NCBI GenBank assembly: GCA_964016885.1
Contig: OZ024763.1
Span: forward strand, 4,092,001 to 4,156,000
Reading direction: 5' to 3'
Length of the DNA stretch: 64,000 bases
Source: Eledone cirrhosa
Taxonomy: Eukaryota
The notes below the pieces were generated by a model that made no database searches, had not been told where the DNA came from, and saw only the letters and a list, made by a program, of their open reading frames with translations. Both the position numbers and the translations under genes were made by a program. This document shows positions 60,284 through 64,000 of the stretch, one piece after another; within the stretch, counting starts at the first letter, position 1, and each line of letters begins with the position of its first letter.

Positions 60284-63200
60284 ATAGACAGTGTCTCCAC
60301 ACCAAAGAGAGCTACACTACACTGAGATAACTCATAGACAGTGTCTCCACACCAAAGAGAGCTACACTACACTGAGATAACTCGTAGACAGTGTCTCCAC
60401 ACCAAAGAGAGCTACACTACACTGAGATAACTCATAGACAGTGTCTCCACACCAAAGAGAGCTACACTACACTGAGATAACTCATAGACAGTGTCTCCAC
60501 ACCAAAGAGTGCTACACTGACATAACTCATAGACAGTGTCTCCACACCAAAGAGAGCTACACTGAGATAACTCATAGACAGTGTCTCCACACCAAAGAGT
60601 GCTACACTACACTGAGATAACTCATTGACAGTGTCTCCACACCAAAGAGTGTTACACTGAGATAACTCATAGACAGTGTCTCCACACCAAAGAGAGCTAC
60701 ACTACACTGAGATAACTCATAGACAGTGTCTCCACACCAAAGAGTGCTACACTACACTGAGATAACTCATTGACAGTGTCTCCACACCAAAGAGAGCTAC
60801 ACTACACTGAGATAACTCATAGACAGTGTCTCCACACCAAAGAGTGCTACACTACAATGAGATAACTCATTGACAGTGTCTCCACACCAAAGAGAGCTAC
60901 ACTGAGATAACTCATAGACAGTGTCTCCACACCAAAGAGAGCTACACTGAGATAACTCATAGACAGTGTCTCCACACCAAAGAGTGCTACACTGAGATAA
61001 CTCATAGACAGTGTCTCCACACCAAAGAGTGCTACACTGACATAACTCATAGACAGTGTCTCCACACCAAAGAGTGCTACACTGAGATAACTCATAGACA
61101 GTGTCTCCACACCAAAGAGTGCTACACTACACTGAGATAACTCATAGATAGTGTCTCCACACCAAAGAGTGTTACACTGAGATAACTCATAGACAGTGTC
61201 TCCACACCAAAGAGTGTTACACTACACTGAGATAACTCATAGACAGTGTCTCCACACCAAAGAGTGCTACACTGAGATAACTCATAGACAGTGTCTCCAC
61301 ACCAAAGAGTGCTACACTGAGATAACTCATAGACAGTGTCTCCACACCAAAGAGTGCTACACTGAGATAACTCACAGACAGTGTCTCCACACCAAAGAGT
61401 GCTACACTGAGATAACTCACAGACAGTGTCTCCACACCAAAGAGTGCTACACTACACTGAGATAACTCATAGACAGTGTCTCCACACCAAAGAGTGCTAC
61501 ACTGAGATAACTCATAGACAGTGTCTCCACACCAAAGAGTGCTACACTGAGATAACTCACAGACAGTGTCTCCACACCAAAGAGTGCTACACTGAGATAA
61601 CTCATAGACAGTGTCTCCACACCAAAGAGAGCTACACTACACTGAGATAACTCATAGACAGTGTCTCCACACCAAAGAGAGCTACACTACACTGAGATAA
61701 CTCATAGACAGTGTCTCCACACCAAAGAGTGCTACACTGAGATAACTCATAGACAGTGTCTCCACACCAAAGAGTGCTACACTGACATAACTCATAGACA
61801 GTGTCTCCACACCAAAGAGTGCTACACTGACATAACTCATAGACAGTGTCTCCACACCAAAGAGAGCTACACTACACTGAGATAACTCATAGACAGTGTC
61901 TCCACACCAAAGAGAGCTACACTACACTGAGATAACTCATAGATAGTGTCTCCACACCAAAGAGTGCTACACTGACATAACTCATAGACAGTGTCTCCAC
62001 ACCAAAGAGTGCTACACTGAGATAACTCACAGACAGTGTCTCCACACCAAAGAGTGCTACACTGAGATAACTCATAGACAGTGTCTCCACACCAAAGAGA
62101 GCTACACTACACTGAGATAACTCATAGACAGTGTCTCCACACCAAAGAGTGCTACACTGAGATAACTCACAGACAGTGTCTCCACACCAAAGAGTGCTAC
62201 ACTGAGATAACTCACAGACAGTGTCTCCACACCAAAGAGTGCTACACTACACTGAGATAACTCATAGACAGTGTCTCCACACCAAAGAGTGCTACACTGA
62301 GATAACTCATAGACAGTGTCTCCACACCAAAGAGTGCTACACTGAGATAACTCACAGACAGTGTCTCCACACCAAAGAGTGCTACACTGAGATAACTCAT
62401 AGACAGTGTCTCCACACCAAAGAGAGCTACACTACACTGAGATAACTCATAGACAGTGTCTCCACACCAAAGAGAGCTACACTACACTGAGATAACTCAT
62501 AGACAGTGTCTCCACACCAAAGAGAGCTACACTACACTGAGATAACTCATAGATAGTGTCTCCACACCAAAGAGTGCTACACTGACATAACTCATAGACA
62601 GTGTCTCCACACCAAAGAGTGCTACACTGAGATAACTCACAGACAGTGTCTCCACACCAAAGAGTGTTACACTGAGATAACTCATAGACAGTGTCTCCAC
62701 ACCAAAGAGTGTTACACTACACTGAGATAACTCATAGACAGTGTCTCCACACCAAAGAGTGCTACACTGAGATAACTCATAGACAGTGTCTCCACACCAA
62801 AGAGTGCTACACTGAGATAACTCATAGACAGTGTCTCCACACCAAAGAGTGCTACACTGACATAACTCATAGACAGTGTCTCCACACCAAAGAGTGCTAC
62901 CCTGAGATAACTCATAGACAGTGTCTCCACACCAAAGAGTGCTACACTACACTGAGATAACTCATAGACAGTGTCTCCACACCAAAGAGTGTTACACTGA
63001 GATAACTCATAGACAGTGTCTCCACACCAAAGAGTGTTACACTACACTGAGATAACTCATAGACAGTGTCTCCACACCAAAGAGTGCTACACTGAGATAA
63101 CTCATAGACAGTGTCTCCACACCAAAGAGTGCTACACTGAGATAACTCACAGACAGTGTCTCCACACCAAAGAGTGCTACACTGAGATAACTCATAGACA

Positions 63201-64000
63201 GTGTCTCCACACCAAAGAGAGCTACACTACACTGAGATAACTCATAGACAGTGTCTCCACACCAAAGAGAGCTACACTACACTGAGATAACTCATAGACA
63301 GTGTCTCCACACCAAAGAGTGCTACACTGTGATAACTCATAGACAGTGTCTCCACACCAAAGAGTGCTACACTGACATAACTCAGACAGTGTCTCCACAC
63401 CAAAGAGTGCTACACTGACATAACTCATAGACAGTGTCTCCACACCAAAGAGAGCTACACTACACTGAGATAACTCATAGACAGTGTCTCCACACCAAAG
63501 AGTGCTACACTGACATAACTCATAGACAGTGTCTCCACACCAAAGAGTGCTACACTGAGATAACTCATAGACAGTGTCTCCACACCAAAGAGTGCTACAC
63601 TGACATAACTCATAGACAGTGTCTCCACACCAAAGAGAGCTACACTACACTGAGATAACTCATAGACAGTGTCTCCACACCAAAGAGAGCTACACTACAC
63701 TGAGATAACTCATAGACAGTGTCTCCACACCAAAGAGAGCTACACTACACTGAGATAACTCATAGACAGTGTCTCCACACCAAAGAGTGCTACACTGACA
63801 TAACTCATAGACAGTGTCTCCACACCAAAGAGAGCTACACTACACTGAGATAACTCATAGACAGTGTCTCCACACCAAAGAGAGCTACACTACACTGAGA
63901 TAACTCATAGACAGTGTCTCCACACCAAAGAGAGCTACACTACACTGAGATAACTCATAGACAGTGTCTCCACACCAAAGAATGCTACACTGAGATAACT
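60284..64000. repeat. 45/50-bp satellite array running off the window end
   Basis: Unit catagacagtgtctccacaccaaagagtgctac(actac)actgagataact, roughly 80 copies. Confidence 0.97.

Noticed and set aside
60284-64000. CRISPR array or Cys/His-rich repeat protein (THRQCLHTKECY)
   Set aside because: This is a plain satellite. The 5-bp length variants break the frame and there are no spacers.

Overview
Repeat-dominated animal genomic DNA. The SINE/RTE repertoire and kilobase-scale (AT)n arrays suggest an octopus-like coleoid cephalopod (inference). The only credible host gene is a 562-aa PTB/PID-domain ORF on the minus strand (7938-9626), preceded by a splice acceptor, so some DNA to its right may be intronic. 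Mobile DNA includes a near full-length CR1-group LINE (about 33240-37597, with a Myb/SANT-like plus 2xCCCH ORF1 and an APE-RT ORF2), a decayed second copy, RTE and RLE-LINE fragments, three SINE families, several MITEs and many minisatellites. The most striking unannotated signal is a dense set of short, mostly palindromic Penelope-like (pLTR) modules that sit in or beside (AT)n tracts. They carry minimal hammerhead-ribozyme motifs (about 9 loci with a complete or near-complete motif, plus about 6 truncated ones), some with non-canonical cores. In several copies the palindrome axis falls exactly on a ribozyme stem-loop. All calls were made by eye with no database searches, and coordinates may be off by a few bases.
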